From Coprothermobacterota bacterium (GTDB lineage: Bacteria; Coprothermobacterota; HKB111): a stretch of 64,000 nt of DNA. How positions within the stretch are numbered: the first letter of the stretch is position 1; the number at the start of each line of letters is the position of its first letter. The stretch covers positions 1-64,000 of the forward strand of contig JBBIUB010000007.1 of NCBI GenBank assembly GCA_037440465.1. The letters are read 5' to 3'. Position numbers and translations under genes: made by a program. The notes beneath the pieces were generated by a model. The model made no database searches, had not been told where the DNA came from, and saw nothing but the letters and a program-made list of their open reading frames with translations. Below are positions 29,059-39,293 of this stretch, one piece after another.

Positions 29059-30657
29059 ATGAAAGCGTTAAATTTAACAACCCTGATAAGAATGATAGAA
29101 AGAGCTTACGATGAGCTTTCTCTTCATAAAGAAGAAGTGAATATATTAAATGTTTTTCCTGTTCCTGATGGAGATACAGGTATTAATATGGTTTTAACAC
29201 TTCAATCTTCTGTAAATGAAATCATGAAAACAAATCCATTATCAATAAAAGACTTTTCTCTAGCACTAAGAAGAGGTTCTCTAATGGGAGCCAGGGGTAA
29301 TTCCGGGGTAATCTTGTCACAGATATTTTTAGGTTTTACTCAGGCCTTTGATGAAAAAGAAGAGATTGATAATGATATCTTAAAAAAAGCTTTTAAACAG
29401 GGAACTGATGTCGCTTATAGAGCTGTTATGCGACCTGTTGAAGGAACTATGTTAACAATAATTAAAGCTATGTCCAATAAAGCTCAAACTGTTGAATCTA
29501 ATAATATTGAAGATACTTTAATCGCTTCTATTGAAGCAGGAGAAGAAGCTCTGAAAAAAACACCTGATCTATTACCAGTATTAAAAGAAGCAGGAGTTGT
29601 GGACGCTGGTGGGCTTGGCTTAATTTATGTGTTCAAGGGAATGTTAAAAGCTTTTGACGGAAAAAAACCTCATAAAAAGAAAGTACCTGAAATTTTAACT
29701 TTACAACAGGAAAAAAAGATAGTGGAGGAAGAATTGGAATATCTCTATTGCACAGAACTACTAATTAATAACCCAAAAAAAACTATTGCTGAACTTGAAC
29801 AAGCTCTTGACCTTATTGGGGGTAGTCTCCTGGTTGTAGGTGATGAATCACTAATTAAACTTCATATGCACACAAATGATCCTGACAAAGTACTAATGCT
29901 TGCCTTAAATACAGGGGAGATTCAGGATATAAAAATTGATAACATGCGTATTCAGCATGGTGAGTATATAATTAAAAATCATATTAACCATCAAGAATCT
30001 AAAAAAGAATGGGGAATAGTAGTAGTAGCTCAAGGAAAGGGTTTAGAAGAAATATTCAAGAATAATGGTGCCGACATGATTATCCCTGGTGGTCAGACTA
30101 TGAATCCCAGTGTTGAGCAAATAATTACAACCCTTAATAAACTTAATACTAATAAGATTCTTTTTTTTGTAAATAATAAAAATATTACCCTGGCTGCAGA
30201 AGAAGCAATAAAATATATTGAGGAAAAGGAAGTCTGTCTGGTTAAGACTACTCATATGATTGAAGGCATAAACGCACTTTTAAGATTCAATCCAGATGTT
30301 TCACCAGAAGAAAACCTCTTGAGGATTGATGAAGCCCGAAAAGAGATACAAATAATCGATATAACTAAAGCTCAAAGAGATGGTAGTATGAATAGTATCT
30401 ACTATTCATACGGTGATTATATAGCTCTATTTGGTAAAGATGAGATTATTGCAGTTTCAAAAGATTTAAGAGATATTGTTGTTAAAGCTTTAGAAAAACT
30501 CAATATTAAGAATGGCTCTCTCATTACAATTTATGCTGGAGAAGATTTAGAAGAAGATTCATACCTAAAAGAAGAATTATCAAGGAAGTTTAACGCAGAG
30601 GTAGAATGGTATTATGGTGGACAACCACACTATCTTTATTATATTTCAATAGAATAG
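29059..30657 (+). CDS. fakA: DAK2-domain fatty acid kinase subunit A
   Basis: LNVFPVPDGDTG, GARGNSGVILSQ, PVEGTMLT, VVDAGG, YCTE, GGQTMNPS, GGQPHY. Confidence 0.93.
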   Translation: MKALNLTTLIRMIERAYDELSLHKEEVNILNVFPVPDGDTGINMVLTLQSSVNEIMKTNPLSIKDFSLALRRGSLMGARGNSGVILSQIFLGFTQAFDEKEEIDNDILKKAFKQGTDVAYRAVMRPVEGTMLTIIKAMSNKAQTVESNNIEDTLIASIEAGEEALKKTPDLLPVLKEAGVVDAGGLGLIYVFKGMLKAFDGKKPHKKKVPEILTLQQEKKIVEEELEYLYCTELLINNPKKTIAELEQALDLIGGSLLVVGDESLIKLHMHTNDPDKVLMLALNTGEIQDIKIDNMRIQHGEYIIKNHINHQESKKEWGIVVVAQGKGLEEIFKNNGADMIIPGGQTMNPSVEQIITTLNKLNTNKILFFVNNKNITLAAEEAIKYIEEKEVCLVKTTHMIEGINALLRFNPDVSPEENLLRIDEARKEIQIIDITKAQRDGSMNSIYYSYGDYIALFGKDEIIAVSKDLRDIVVKALEKLNIKNGSLITIYAGEDLEEDSYLKEELSRKFNAEVEWYYGGQPHYLYYISIE

Positions 30658-30683
30658 AATGAATTAAATAAAAGGAGGTACAA

Positions 30684-31538
30684 ATGGAAATTGGTTTAGT
30701 GACTGATGGAACATGTGATTTACCACCTGAAATTGTAGAAAAAATGAATATAGAAGTAGTAGACGTCCATCTTACCACTGAAGAAGGAGAACCCGTTCAT
30801 CTACAAGGTAAGGCATACTATGAATTCTTGCGAAATACAAAAAAAAGACTCTTCACATCTCAGCCTTCTGTAGGTCAATTTGTGGAGACTTATAATAAAC
30901 TCGGAAAAATATATTCATCTTTATTATCAATTCATCTTACAGCTGCTCGTAGTGGTACAATCCAAAGCGCTGAAATGGCAAAAGAAGCCATACCTGATTT
31001 GGATATTACAATCATTGACTCTAAACAAACCTCACTTGGTTTAGGACTTCTTGTATTGGAAGCAAAAAGGTTGATAGACCTTGGTAAAAGTAAAGCAGAG
31101 ATTATAAACAACATCCTTTCAATCGTTCCAAAAATTAAAACTTCAATTTCTCTTGATACATTAGAATTCGCACTTAAAGGTGGGCGAGTTGAAGGTTTAA
31201 AGCTCATCGTTGGAACAATATTAAACCTTAAACCTATTCTTTCCTTTCAGGAAGGTATTCCAAAAGTGAAAGAAGTTATTCGGGGTCGAATCAATTCCTT
31301 GGAAAGGGCTTTTGAAGTTTTTAAAAGTGATCTAGATACAGCCCTAAAAGAATGTCAAGAAGTTACTGTTGGTATTGCTCATGCAGATATACCTGATATA
31401 GCTTTAGATATTAAGAATAAATTATTAACTCTTTTTCCGAATATAAAAATTATTGAAACTTATGCTGGCCCTGCTTTAGGAGCACATGCAGGACCTGGAG
31501 CAGTTGGTCTTTTTCTTGTACCCTGTGCCCGAACATAA
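30684..31538 (+). CDS. DegV family fatty acid-binding protein (FakB)
   Basis: VTDGTCDL, TSQPS, SGT, KGGR, AHAGPG. Confidence 0.93.
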   Translation: MEIGLVTDGTCDLPPEIVEKMNIEVVDVHLTTEEGEPVHLQGKAYYEFLRNTKKRLFTSQPSVGQFVETYNKLGKIYSSLLSIHLTAARSGTIQSAEMAKEAIPDLDITIIDSKQTSLGLGLLVLEAKRLIDLGKSKAEIINNILSIVPKIKTSISLDTLEFALKGGRVEGLKLIVGTILNLKPILSFQEGIPKVKEVIRGRINSLERAFEVFKSDLDTALKECQEVTVGIAHADIPDIALDIKNKLLTLFPNIKIIETYAGPALGAHAGPGAVGLFLVPCART

Positions 31539-33903
31539 CACAATACAAGAGATAAAAAAACTTATTGCTGAAGAAATAAAAAGTAGCTATCTAAACAAAT
31601 TATCTTCAGGAAAATTCTCAGACCAAATATTTAATTTACTGTACTTTCTTAGAGAAAGAGTAAACGACCCTGATACTCTTGAGAGAATTGATTTTATGGT
31701 ACGAGTTACCCGAGGATACTCAGATAAAACTCCCCCTCTAAGAAAAAAAATAGTCAAGGATTTAATTGTACAGATAAAAAATTATGAAGTAGAAAAACAA
31801 AAGACCACTAATACAACCAAAAAAGAAAAAACAATAACCATCGAACCAGCGATTACTCTTAAAGATCCTTTAAGCAACATTAAAGGCGTTGGACCCTATA
31901 AAGCGAAGGCTCTATCAAGAATTAACTTATATAGTATTGAAGATTTGCTATATTTCTTCCCTCGCTACTATATTGATAGGACCCATATTAAAGAGGTTAG
32001 AACATTGGAGGTAGGAAAAGACCAAACAGTTTCAGCTGTTCTTATTAACTGGGAAAGAAATATTGAAAAAAGAGGCCTAAATATCATTAAGGGATTATTT
32101 AAAGATGGTAGTGGATATATTTATGGTGTCTGGTTTAACCAGCCATACATTAAGAAAAGCATTCCAGTCAATTCCACAGTACTACTCAGCGGAAAAGTCG
32201 AGCGTTTTGGAAGTCAATTGCAGATAACTTCTCCTGAATGGGAGCTAATGGGAGAAGAAGAACCGCTTGAACATGGAAGAATTGTTCCTGTATATGGACT
32301 AACAAGCGGTTTAAGTCAGCGTTTCTTGAGGAACTTAACTCATAAATACTTAAGTCTAACAGAAAAGAAGATAGAAGATTATTTGCCAGATAATCAAAAA
32401 GAAAGACTTCAACTTATAAACTTAAGTCAAGCTCTAAAAGATATGCATTTTCCTGTGAATTTAGTTGATCAAAAACAAGCACGTTTCCGTTTGGCCTTTG
32501 AGGAATTGTTCCGATTGCAGCTAAAAATAATGTTTAGAAAAGAAGAGATAAAAACTTCTTCAGCCTTACCCTTAAATACCACCGGTTTATTGTTTAGACC
32601 TTTCCTAAATAATTTACCTTTTACACTAACAATAGATCAATTAAAGTGTATAGAAGATATTAAAATAGATTTAGCTAAACCAGTTCCCATGAATAGACTT
32701 CTCCATGGAGAAGTAGGTTCAGGGAAAACAGTAGTAGCCTTAGCTGCAACCATGATTGCCATAGAAAATTGTGTTCAAGTAGCCTTTATGGCTCCTACCG
32801 AAGTGCTAGCGCTCCAACATTATGAGGTCATTAGAGAGCTTTTACCTGAAAGCATTAGCTGTTCTCTTCTTATAGGAAGTACACCTGCGAAAGAACGAAG
32901 AATAATTCTTGAAAATCTTTTATCGGGAAGCATAAGCTTGCTTATTGGAACCCATGCTCTCATACAAGAAGATGTAGAATTTCCAAAATTAGGCCTGGTT
33001 ATAATCGATGAACAACACCGATTTGGAGTAACCCAAAGGTGGAAAATAAAAACAAAAGGGGAAAACCCTCATCTACTTATCATAAGCGCAACACCTATTC
33101 CTCGCACCTTAGCACTGACTCTTTATGGTGACCTCGAAATTTCATCATTAAAGAGCCTACCATTGGACAGAGGGAAGATAATAACTATATGGGTAGGTAC
33201 CGAAAGCAGGAATAAGGTTTATGGTTTTTTAAGAGAACAAGTAAAGCGTGGTAGACAGGCATTTGTAGTTTGCCCAACTATTGAAGACTCCCCCCAGATG
33301 GAAGTTAAAGCTGTTACTTCACTCTTTGAGAACCTAAAAGAAGGAACTCTTAGTGATTTAAGGTTAACAATGATACATGGAAGAATGCCCACAAGACAGG
33401 TCGGTAAGATTATGGAAGACTTTAAAAAAGGTGATATTGATGTTCTTGTATCAACTTCCATTATTGAAGTAGGGGTCGATGTTAAAAATGCAACTTTTCT
33501 AGTCGTGGAAGATGCTCAAAGGTTTGGTCTTTCTCAGCTTCACCAACTCAGAGGTAGAGTAAGAAGAAGCATAAATGATGCTTACTGTTTTCTTATCTCA
33601 GACCCATCAAGTGAGGATGCTATAAAACGTCTTAAGGTTATATCTTCAACTTTGGATGGTTTTTTGATAGCTGAAGAAGACCTAAAAATTAGAGGAAGCG
33701 GGGAATTTCTTGGTTTAAAACAGCATGGTATATCTGAATTAAAAATAGCAAATCCAATTCAGGATTTACATATCCTTGAAATAGCAAAAAAAGAGGTAAC
33801 CGACATTCTTAAGAAAGACCCAAATCTGGTTTACGAGGAAAACAGAATTTTGAAAAAACTTCTTTTAGAAGATATGGAAAAAATCGATTTAGCGAGGATA
33901 TGA
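31486..33903 (+). CDS. recG: ATP-dependent DNA helicase RecG with N-terminal extension (start uncertain, GTG 31525 possible)
   Basis: IKGVGP, GEVGSGKT, MAPTEVLA, IDEQHRFG, SATPIPRTL, LHQLRGRV. Confidence 0.95.
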   Translation: MQDLEQLVFFLYPVPEHNTIQEIKKLIAEEIKSSYLNKLSSGKFSDQIFNLLYFLRERVNDPDTLERIDFMVRVTRGYSDKTPPLRKKIVKDLIVQIKNYEVEKQKTTNTTKKEKTITIEPAITLKDPLSNIKGVGPYKAKALSRINLYSIEDLLYFFPRYYIDRTHIKEVRTLEVGKDQTVSAVLINWERNIEKRGLNIIKGLFKDGSGYIYGVWFNQPYIKKSIPVNSTVLLSGKVERFGSQLQITSPEWELMGEEEPLEHGRIVPVYGLTSGLSQRFLRNLTHKYLSLTEKKIEDYLPDNQKERLQLINLSQALKDMHFPVNLVDQKQARFRLAFEELFRLQLKIMFRKEEIKTSSALPLNTTGLLFRPFLNNLPFTLTIDQLKCIEDIKIDLAKPVPMNRLLHGEVGSGKTVVALAATMIAIENCVQVAFMAPTEVLALQHYEVIRELLPESISCSLLIGSTPAKERRIILENLLSGSISLLIGTHALIQEDVEFPKLGLVIIDEQHRFGVTQRWKIKTKGENPHLLIISATPIPRTLALTLYGDLEISSLKSLPLDRGKIITIWVGTESRNKVYGFLREQVKRGRQAFVVCPTIEDSPQMEVKAVTSLFENLKEGTLSDLRLTMIHGRMPTRQVGKIMEDFKKGDIDVLVSTSIIEVGVDVKNATFLVVEDAQRFGLSQLHQLRGRVRRSINDAYCFLISDPSSEDAIKRLKVISSTLDGFLIAEEDLKIRGSGEFLGLKQHGISELKIANPIQDLHILEIAKKEVTDILKKDPNLVYEENRILKKLLLEDMEKIDLARI

Positions 33904-33906
33904 CCC

Positions 33907-34461
33907 ATGTTAAGAATTGCAGGAGGTCGACTTAAAGGTATAACTATTAAAGGAAGTGGAAAGAGTGTAAAACCAACCTCTGAATTGGTTAGACTCTCTC
34001 TCTTTAATATATTAGAGCCATATACGAAAGATTCTTATTTACTTGACCTTTACGCTGGAAGTGGTGCAATTGGAATTGAAGCACTTAGTAGAGGTGCAGC
34101 AAAAGTAGTTTTTGTCGACTCAAATAACGAATCTCTAAAACTCATCAGAGATAACCTTACCAAAACCAACCTTTTAGCTCAGGGCACCATAATAAAAAGT
34201 ATACTTCCTAAAGAAATTGGGAAGCTAAAAATAATTGCACCCTTTGACATAATTATTATGGACCCCCCTTATGAAAAAAACCTTGTAGAAAAAACATTAA
34301 TCGACATAGATAGTCTCGTTCTGTTAAAAGACGGAGGTATTTTGGCAGTAGAACATTCAACGAGAGAAACTGCACCTATTAGGATTGGTTCTCTGATTAT
34401 GGTAAAATCATATGGTTATGGAGATACTAAAATAACAATCTTCCGGGAAGAGGTTATTTAA
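33907..34461 (+). CDS. rsmD: 16S rRNA m2G966 methyltransferase
   Basis: LDLYAGSGAIGIEALSRGA, MDPPY. Confidence 0.92.
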   Translation: MLRIAGGRLKGITIKGSGKSVKPTSELVRLSLFNILEPYTKDSYLLDLYAGSGAIGIEALSRGAAKVVFVDSNNESLKLIRDNLTKTNLLAQGTIIKSILPKEIGKLKIIAPFDIIIMDPPYEKNLVEKTLIDIDSLVLLKDGGILAVEHSTRETAPIRIGSLIMVKSYGYGDTKITIFREEVI

Positions 34462-34463
34462 TA

Positions 34464-34958
34464 ATGAAGAAAGCAGTTTACGCTGGTACTTTTGATCCAA
34501 TAACTCTGGGTCACCTTGATGTTATAGAAAGAAGTGCTAAAATTTTCGACCTCATATATATAGGTGTAGCTGCCAGAGTAAAGAAAAACACTCTTTTAGA
34601 TGTAAATAATAGATATGATCTGGTTGTAGAGTCTGTAAAACATCTAAATAATGTGCATGTTACCATATTTAATGGTCTTCTTGTTGATTTTGTACGAGAA
34701 TGCCAGGCTTCAGTTATAGTAAGAGGTCTTCGGGTGTTATCCGACTTTGAGTACGAATTTGAGATGGCTAGTGCCAATAAAAAACTTTATCCTGATGTAG
34801 AAACTATGTTTTTACCAACTTCATTAGAATACAGCTTTTTAAGCTCATCTCTTGTTAAGGAAGTAGCTTGTCTGGGTGGAGATATAAGTATCTGGGTACC
34901 ACTTTGTGTTAGTAAAACCCTTGAAAATATTTATAAAAAGACAGGCAATAATGGATAG
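34464..34958 (+). CDS. coaD: Phosphopantetheine adenylyltransferase
   Basis: GTFDPITLGH, RGLR, DFEYE, LSSSLVKE. Confidence 0.96.
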   Translation: MKKAVYAGTFDPITLGHLDVIERSAKIFDLIYIGVAARVKKNTLLDVNNRYDLVVESVKHLNNVHVTIFNGLLVDFVRECQASVIVRGLRVLSDFEYEFEMASANKKLYPDVETMFLPTSLEYSFLSSSLVKEVACLGGDISIWVPLCVSKTLENIYKKTGNNG

Positions 34959-35379
34959 TATTCAAAAAACAATTAGTTATTTAGAAGAAGCTATCTTGAA
35001 TGGGAAGCGGGGTCTTTTCACAAATAAAGTTTTGGTGGATCAAAAGCTAATTTTAGAACTCATTGATGATTTAAAAACTATACTACCTCAAGAAATTACT
35101 CAGGCAAAAAAAATCGTATCTGAAAAGCAAAAAGTGCTCGAAGATGCCAGGAAAGAAGCAAATAAAATCTTGGAAAGAGCAAAATCAGAAGCAAGTAGGA
35201 TGGTAGATGAATCAAACATAACCCAATCCGCCAAGGAACAAGCAAAGGAGATTATAAAAGCTGGAGAAAATGAAGCTAAAGTTTACACGATGAATGTCAT
35301 TTCACAACTCCAGTCAGTCATAGAAAGACTTTTAGATAATCTCAATAAAGAAAAAAATAAACTCGAAAAAACCCTTTAG
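34951..35379 (+). CDS. Conserved coiled-coil protein (ATP synthase b / DivIVA-like) usually found after coaD
   Basis: LPQEITQAKKIV...ARKEANKILERAK coiled coil; gene position. Confidence 0.6.
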   Translation: MDSIQKTISYLEEAILNGKRGLFTNKVLVDQKLILELIDDLKTILPQEITQAKKIVSEKQKVLEDARKEANKILERAKSEASRMVDESNITQSAKEQAKEIIKAGENEAKVYTMNVISQLQSVIERLLDNLNKEKNKLEKTL

Positions 35380-35387
35380 GAAAGCCA

Positions 35388-36614
35388 ATGCTGATCTTAG
35401 TATTAAATTGCGGAAGCTCTTCATTGAAGTATCAATTGGTTGATATTCCACCCTATAGAATTCTTAGTAAAGGAGTGGTAGAGAGGATAGGTTTGCCTGA
35501 TTCAGTTTTAAAATACCAAGCAGTTCACACTGATGTTAAAGAAATAGAATTAGAAGAAATAAATAATCACAAGTCTGCTCTCAGGTTGATTTTCAATACC
35601 CTGTTAGATAAAGATTTAGGTGTAATTCCTTCAGTAGATTTAATTGAAGCAGTAGGGCACAGAGTAGTACATGGTGGTGAAGAATTTTCTGATTCTATTT
35701 TGATAAATAATATTGTTATTAGAATCCTGGAAGAGAACACAATGTTAGCTCCACTTCACAACCCACCCAATCTGATGGGAATATATGCTTGCATGGAATT
35801 ATTACCTGAAATACCACAGGTGGCTGTTTTCGATACAGCTTTTCATCACTCCATACCACCTGAAGCTTACCTTTATGGGTTGCCTTATGAGTTTTATAAA
35901 CGTGAAAGTGTCAGACGCTATGGTTTTCATGGTTCTTCCCATCGTTATATCACCAGAAGAGCCATTGAACTTAGCGGAATACCATTAGAGAAATCAAAAG
36001 TAATATCATGTCATCTGGGTGGAGGAGCAAGTCTGGCTGCAGTAAAAGGCGGATTATCAATTGATACTTCTATGGGTTACACACCTTTGGAAGGTGTATT
36101 AATGGCTACAAGATGCGGAGATGTTGACCCTTTCATACCACTCTATCTCATGCGAAGTCATGATATGTCATTAGAAGAAGCTAATGATTTTTTAAATAAA
36201 AATAGTGGCGTTATTGGATTAAGTGGTATAAATGGAGATATGCTTGATGTTGAAATAGCTGCATTAAATGGAAACAATCGCGCAGAGCTGGCTATCAATA
36301 CTTATTGTTATAGAATAAAAAAATATATAGGTGCTTATATGGCCATAATGGGTGGTCTTGATTTAATTGTTTTTGCTGGAGGAGTTGGCGAGAACTCTTC
36401 TATTATTAGAGAGAAGATACTGGGAGGACTTGATTTTATAGGAGTTGTTCTGGACCATGAAAAAAATAAAAAACTTCGTGGAGAGGGTGATATTAGCGGT
36501 CGTCCTTCAAAGGTAAAGATATGGGTCATACCAACTAATGAAGAATTTATCATCGCTAATGACACCTTTACCTTAGTTAACAAAAACAAAAAATTTCTAA
36601 CTGCAATAATATGA
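35388..36614 (+). CDS. ackA: Acetate kinase
   Basis: LNCGSSSLKY, GHRVVHGG, APLHNP, VFDTAFH, RYGFHG, PTNEE. Confidence 0.96.
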   Translation: MLILVLNCGSSSLKYQLVDIPPYRILSKGVVERIGLPDSVLKYQAVHTDVKEIELEEINNHKSALRLIFNTLLDKDLGVIPSVDLIEAVGHRVVHGGEEFSDSILINNIVIRILEENTMLAPLHNPPNLMGIYACMELLPEIPQVAVFDTAFHHSIPPEAYLYGLPYEFYKRESVRRYGFHGSSHRYITRRAIELSGIPLEKSKVISCHLGGGASLAAVKGGLSIDTSMGYTPLEGVLMATRCGDVDPFIPLYLMRSHDMSLEEANDFLNKNSGVIGLSGINGDMLDVEIAALNGNNRAELAINTYCYRIKKYIGAYMAIMGGLDLIVFAGGVGENSSIIREKILGGLDFIGVVLDHEKNKKLRGEGDISGRPSKVKIWVIPTNEEFIIANDTFTLVNKNKKFLTAII

Positions 36615-37084
36615 AAATTAAAATAAAAGATTTAACTGATTCTCCAACGCAAAGTAAAACAATATTTTTAAATAACTTTGAAGTTAAAATAGACACTTCT
36701 TTAAATGTTATTGTTAATGGAAATATTGAGATTAACTATGAAGTATCTCAGGTTAAGGCTAAGGGTAAGCTGGTTGGTTTTCCAACATTTACGTGTTCAA
36801 GATGTACCAGGGAGTATCAGGAAAAAATTGAAGTTGAAATTGATGAAGTTTTTAAGGAAGAACCGCTCAATAAATTGTCAGCAAAAGATATAGATTGGGA
36901 TAGGAATAATATTAACGTTTTCCCTCTTAAAGAAGGGGCCGTTGATCTTATTGAAGTCATCAGGGATAATGTTATAATCTCTCTACCTATGAAACCCTTG
37001 TGTAGTATTGATTGTCAGGGTTTCGAAATAAGTAACAAAAAAGGAGGTGATACCAATGGGAGTACCAATAAAAAAAGTAACTAG
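36611..37084 (+). CDS. DUF177/YceD family protein
   Basis: CSRC, LPMKPLCSIDCQG; precedes rpmF. Confidence 0.85.
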   Translation: MKIKIKDLTDSPTQSKTIFLNNFEVKIDTSLNVIVNGNIEINYEVSQVKAKGKLVGFPTFTCSRCTREYQEKIEVEIDEVFKEEPLNKLSAKDIDWDRNNINVFPLKEGAVDLIEVIRDNVIISLPMKPLCSIDCQGFEISNKKGGDTNGSTNKKSN

Positions 37085-37256
37085 AAAGACAATATCAACA
37101 AGACAAAGTACTCATAAGAAAAATCATTCTGGTCTTGTTAAGTGTCCTAATTGCTCTAACTTGATTTCTCCTCATACAGTGTGCAGTTTTTGTGGACATT
37201 ACAAGGGTCGTAAAGCCCTTGAGATAAAGGTAAAAGAAAAGAAGGAGGCTAAATAA
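37056..37256 (+). CDS. rpmF: 50S ribosomal protein L32
   Basis: MGVP..., CPNC...PHTVCSFCGHYKGR; ATG after AGGAGGTGA. Confidence 0.92.
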   Translation: MGVPIKKVTRKTISTRQSTHKKNHSGLVKCPNCSNLISPHTVCSFCGHYKGRKALEIKVKEKKEAK

Positions 37257-37258
37257 AG

Positions 37259-38248
37259 GTGGTTAATATAGTAGTAGATGGTGAAGGTGGCGACTTTGCT
37301 CCCAATGAAGTGGTCAAGGGGGTCTTGGAAGCATCTGACAAGGCTCCCTTCCGTATTCTGATTACTGGGAGAGAATCTATCCTTAAACTCTATGAGAAAG
37401 ATATAAATACAATTTACTGTAGTGACCCAGCACCTACTGATGAATCTCCAACTGAAGCCTTCAGAATGAAGAGGAATTCTTCATTATTTAGTGCATTAGA
37501 ACTTCTTAAAGAGGGTAAGGCTGACGCTTTTATAACTGCTGGTAGTACAGGAAATCTCCTGGTAGGAGCCACTATGATACTGGGTCGTATGAAGAATATT
37601 GAAAGACCAGCTCTGGGGGTATTTTTACCTACTTCTACCGGAAAAAAAAATTTTTTTATCGACATTGGTGCTAATCCCGATATTAAACCTGCACATCTTA
37701 GAGGATTAGCGATATTAAGTCAGGTATTTTTCCAGGTTAGTACGGGTACAAACACCCCACCAATTGCTCTTTTGTCTAATGGCATAGAAGAAGATAAAGG
37801 GAATTACTTCACAAGAGAAGCCAGAAAATTCCTTGAAGATTTACCCGGTTTTATCGGTTACGCAGAAGGATTTGATATTTTTAGCGAACCATCTAAGATT
37901 CTTCTTACTGATGGATTTACTGGTAACTTAATAATTAAATCCCTTGAAGGACTGGGAGACTTCATAAAAAATGGTCTCTTTGATATCCAAAAAACTTATA
38001 GAGGAAAAATCGGTCTACTTCTACTGAAACCCAACTTAAAAGCTATTTTAAAATCTTTAGATTATTCAGAATATGGTGGCGCTCCTCTCCTTGGAATTAA
38101 TGGTATATGCATTAAAGCTCATGGTCGTTCTAAAGCTAAAAGTATTTCTAAAGCAATCTGGTTAGCATATAAACTCATTGAAAAAGGGTATATGCAACAT
38201 GTAAAGAACCGATTGGATTTTGAGGAAAGCCGTTCTGAAAGCATTTAA
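37259..38248 (+). CDS. plsX: Phosphate acyltransferase
   Basis: DGEGGDFAP, AGSTG, IERPAL, DIGAN, DGFTGN, GGAPLLG, KAHGRS. Confidence 0.93.
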   Translation: MVNIVVDGEGGDFAPNEVVKGVLEASDKAPFRILITGRESILKLYEKDINTIYCSDPAPTDESPTEAFRMKRNSSLFSALELLKEGKADAFITAGSTGNLLVGATMILGRMKNIERPALGVFLPTSTGKKNFFIDIGANPDIKPAHLRGLAILSQVFFQVSTGTNTPPIALLSNGIEEDKGNYFTREARKFLEDLPGFIGYAEGFDIFSEPSKILLTDGFTGNLIIKSLEGLGDFIKNGLFDIQKTYRGKIGLLLLKPNLKAILKSLDYSEYGGAPLLGINGICIKAHGRSKAKSISKAIWLAYKLIEKGYMQHVKNRLDFEESRSESI

Positions 38249-38873
38249 AAAACAGATAGAAAAGATGATCAATATCCAAGTTAATAACCTGTCTTTAATA
38301 AAAGATGCCCTTACTCATAAATCGGAAAGACAGGAACAATTAGAGTTCATCGGAGATGCTGTTCTGGGACTGGTGATATCAAAAATGCTTTGCCAGACTC
38401 ATCCTGAATTTGGAGAAGGGAATTTAACTATAGCTCGAAGTAACCTTGTAAACAAAAAGTATTTATGCAATAAATTTAGAGAGATTGGATTAAACAAGTT
38501 CCTTGATCTCCAGACAGGCGTTGAAGAAACAGAAAGAATAATGGGAGATGCTTTTGAAGCTTTGATTGGCGCGATATTTATAGATAAAGGATTTGAGGTA
38601 ATATCTGATCTTATTAATAAATGGTTTAAATTGGATATTATTGATGCTTCTATACTTCTTGAAAGAGATTACAAAACAGAACTTCAGGAATATCTTCAAA
38701 AAAAGGGGTTATCACTCCCTCAATATATAAGTATAGAGAAAGAGAAACTTTTTCATACCTCAATATTTATTAACAATAAAATGATTTCAACAGGAAAGGG
38801 GCTAACAAAGAAAGCAGCAGAACAAGAAGCTGCTTCTCAAGCTCTTTACATCATTAAAGAAACTACCTATTAA
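38220..38873 (+). CDS. rnc: Ribonuclease III
   Basis: LEFIGDAVL, DAFEALIGAIFID, DYKTELQE, KKAAEQEAA (dsRBD). Confidence 0.93.
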   Translation: MRKAVLKAFKKQIEKMINIQVNNLSLIKDALTHKSERQEQLEFIGDAVLGLVISKMLCQTHPEFGEGNLTIARSNLVNKKYLCNKFREIGLNKFLDLQTGVEETERIMGDAFEALIGAIFIDKGFEVISDLINKWFKLDIIDASILLERDYKTELQEYLQKKGLSLPQYISIEKEKLFHTSIFINNKMISTGKGLTKKAAEQEAASQALYIIKETTY

Positions 38874-38888
38874 CAAAATCAAAAAAAC

Positions 38889-38917
38889 TTGACATTAATT
38901 ATGGAATAATGTAAACT
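38889..38917 (+). promoter_or_regulatory. Sigma70-type promoter of the ylxM-rpsP operon
   Basis: TTGACA-N17-TAAACT. Confidence 0.75.
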
Positions 38918-38939
38918 ATTACCTGTAAAGGAGATATAC

Positions 38940-39293
38940 TTGACATTATTTGAAAGGAGTTTAGAAAAATTCGAAAGACTTGGTGAGCTTTACGATTTCT
39001 ATGGAGTACTTTTAACCCTTAAAGAGAACCTTCTAATTGAGAAATTCCTATATGAAGGTTTATCAATATCGGAAATTGCCCGAGAGATAGGATGTAGTAG
39101 ACAAGGAGTGTATGACATGCTTCATAGAATAGAAAAAAAACTCCAGAATTTTGAAGAAAAAATGGGATTAGCCAGAAAAGAAAAGATGCTATTAGAATTG
39201 TTTTCAAAATTTAAAAACAGAATGCCTGAAGAGCTCAGGCAAGAAATTGAAGAACTTATTTTTTCACCAGGAGGTGATCAAGCTGGCAGTTAA
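38940..39293 (+). CDS. ylxM: YlxM family HTH protein (SRP accessory)
   Basis: LYDFYGVLLT, LSISEIA, SRQGVYD, FEEKMGL. Confidence 0.9.
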   Translation: MTLFERSLEKFERLGELYDFYGVLLTLKENLLIEKFLYEGLSISEIAREIGCSRQGVYDMLHRIEKKLQNFEEKMGLARKEKMLLELFSKFKNRMPEELRQEIEELIFSPGGDQAGS

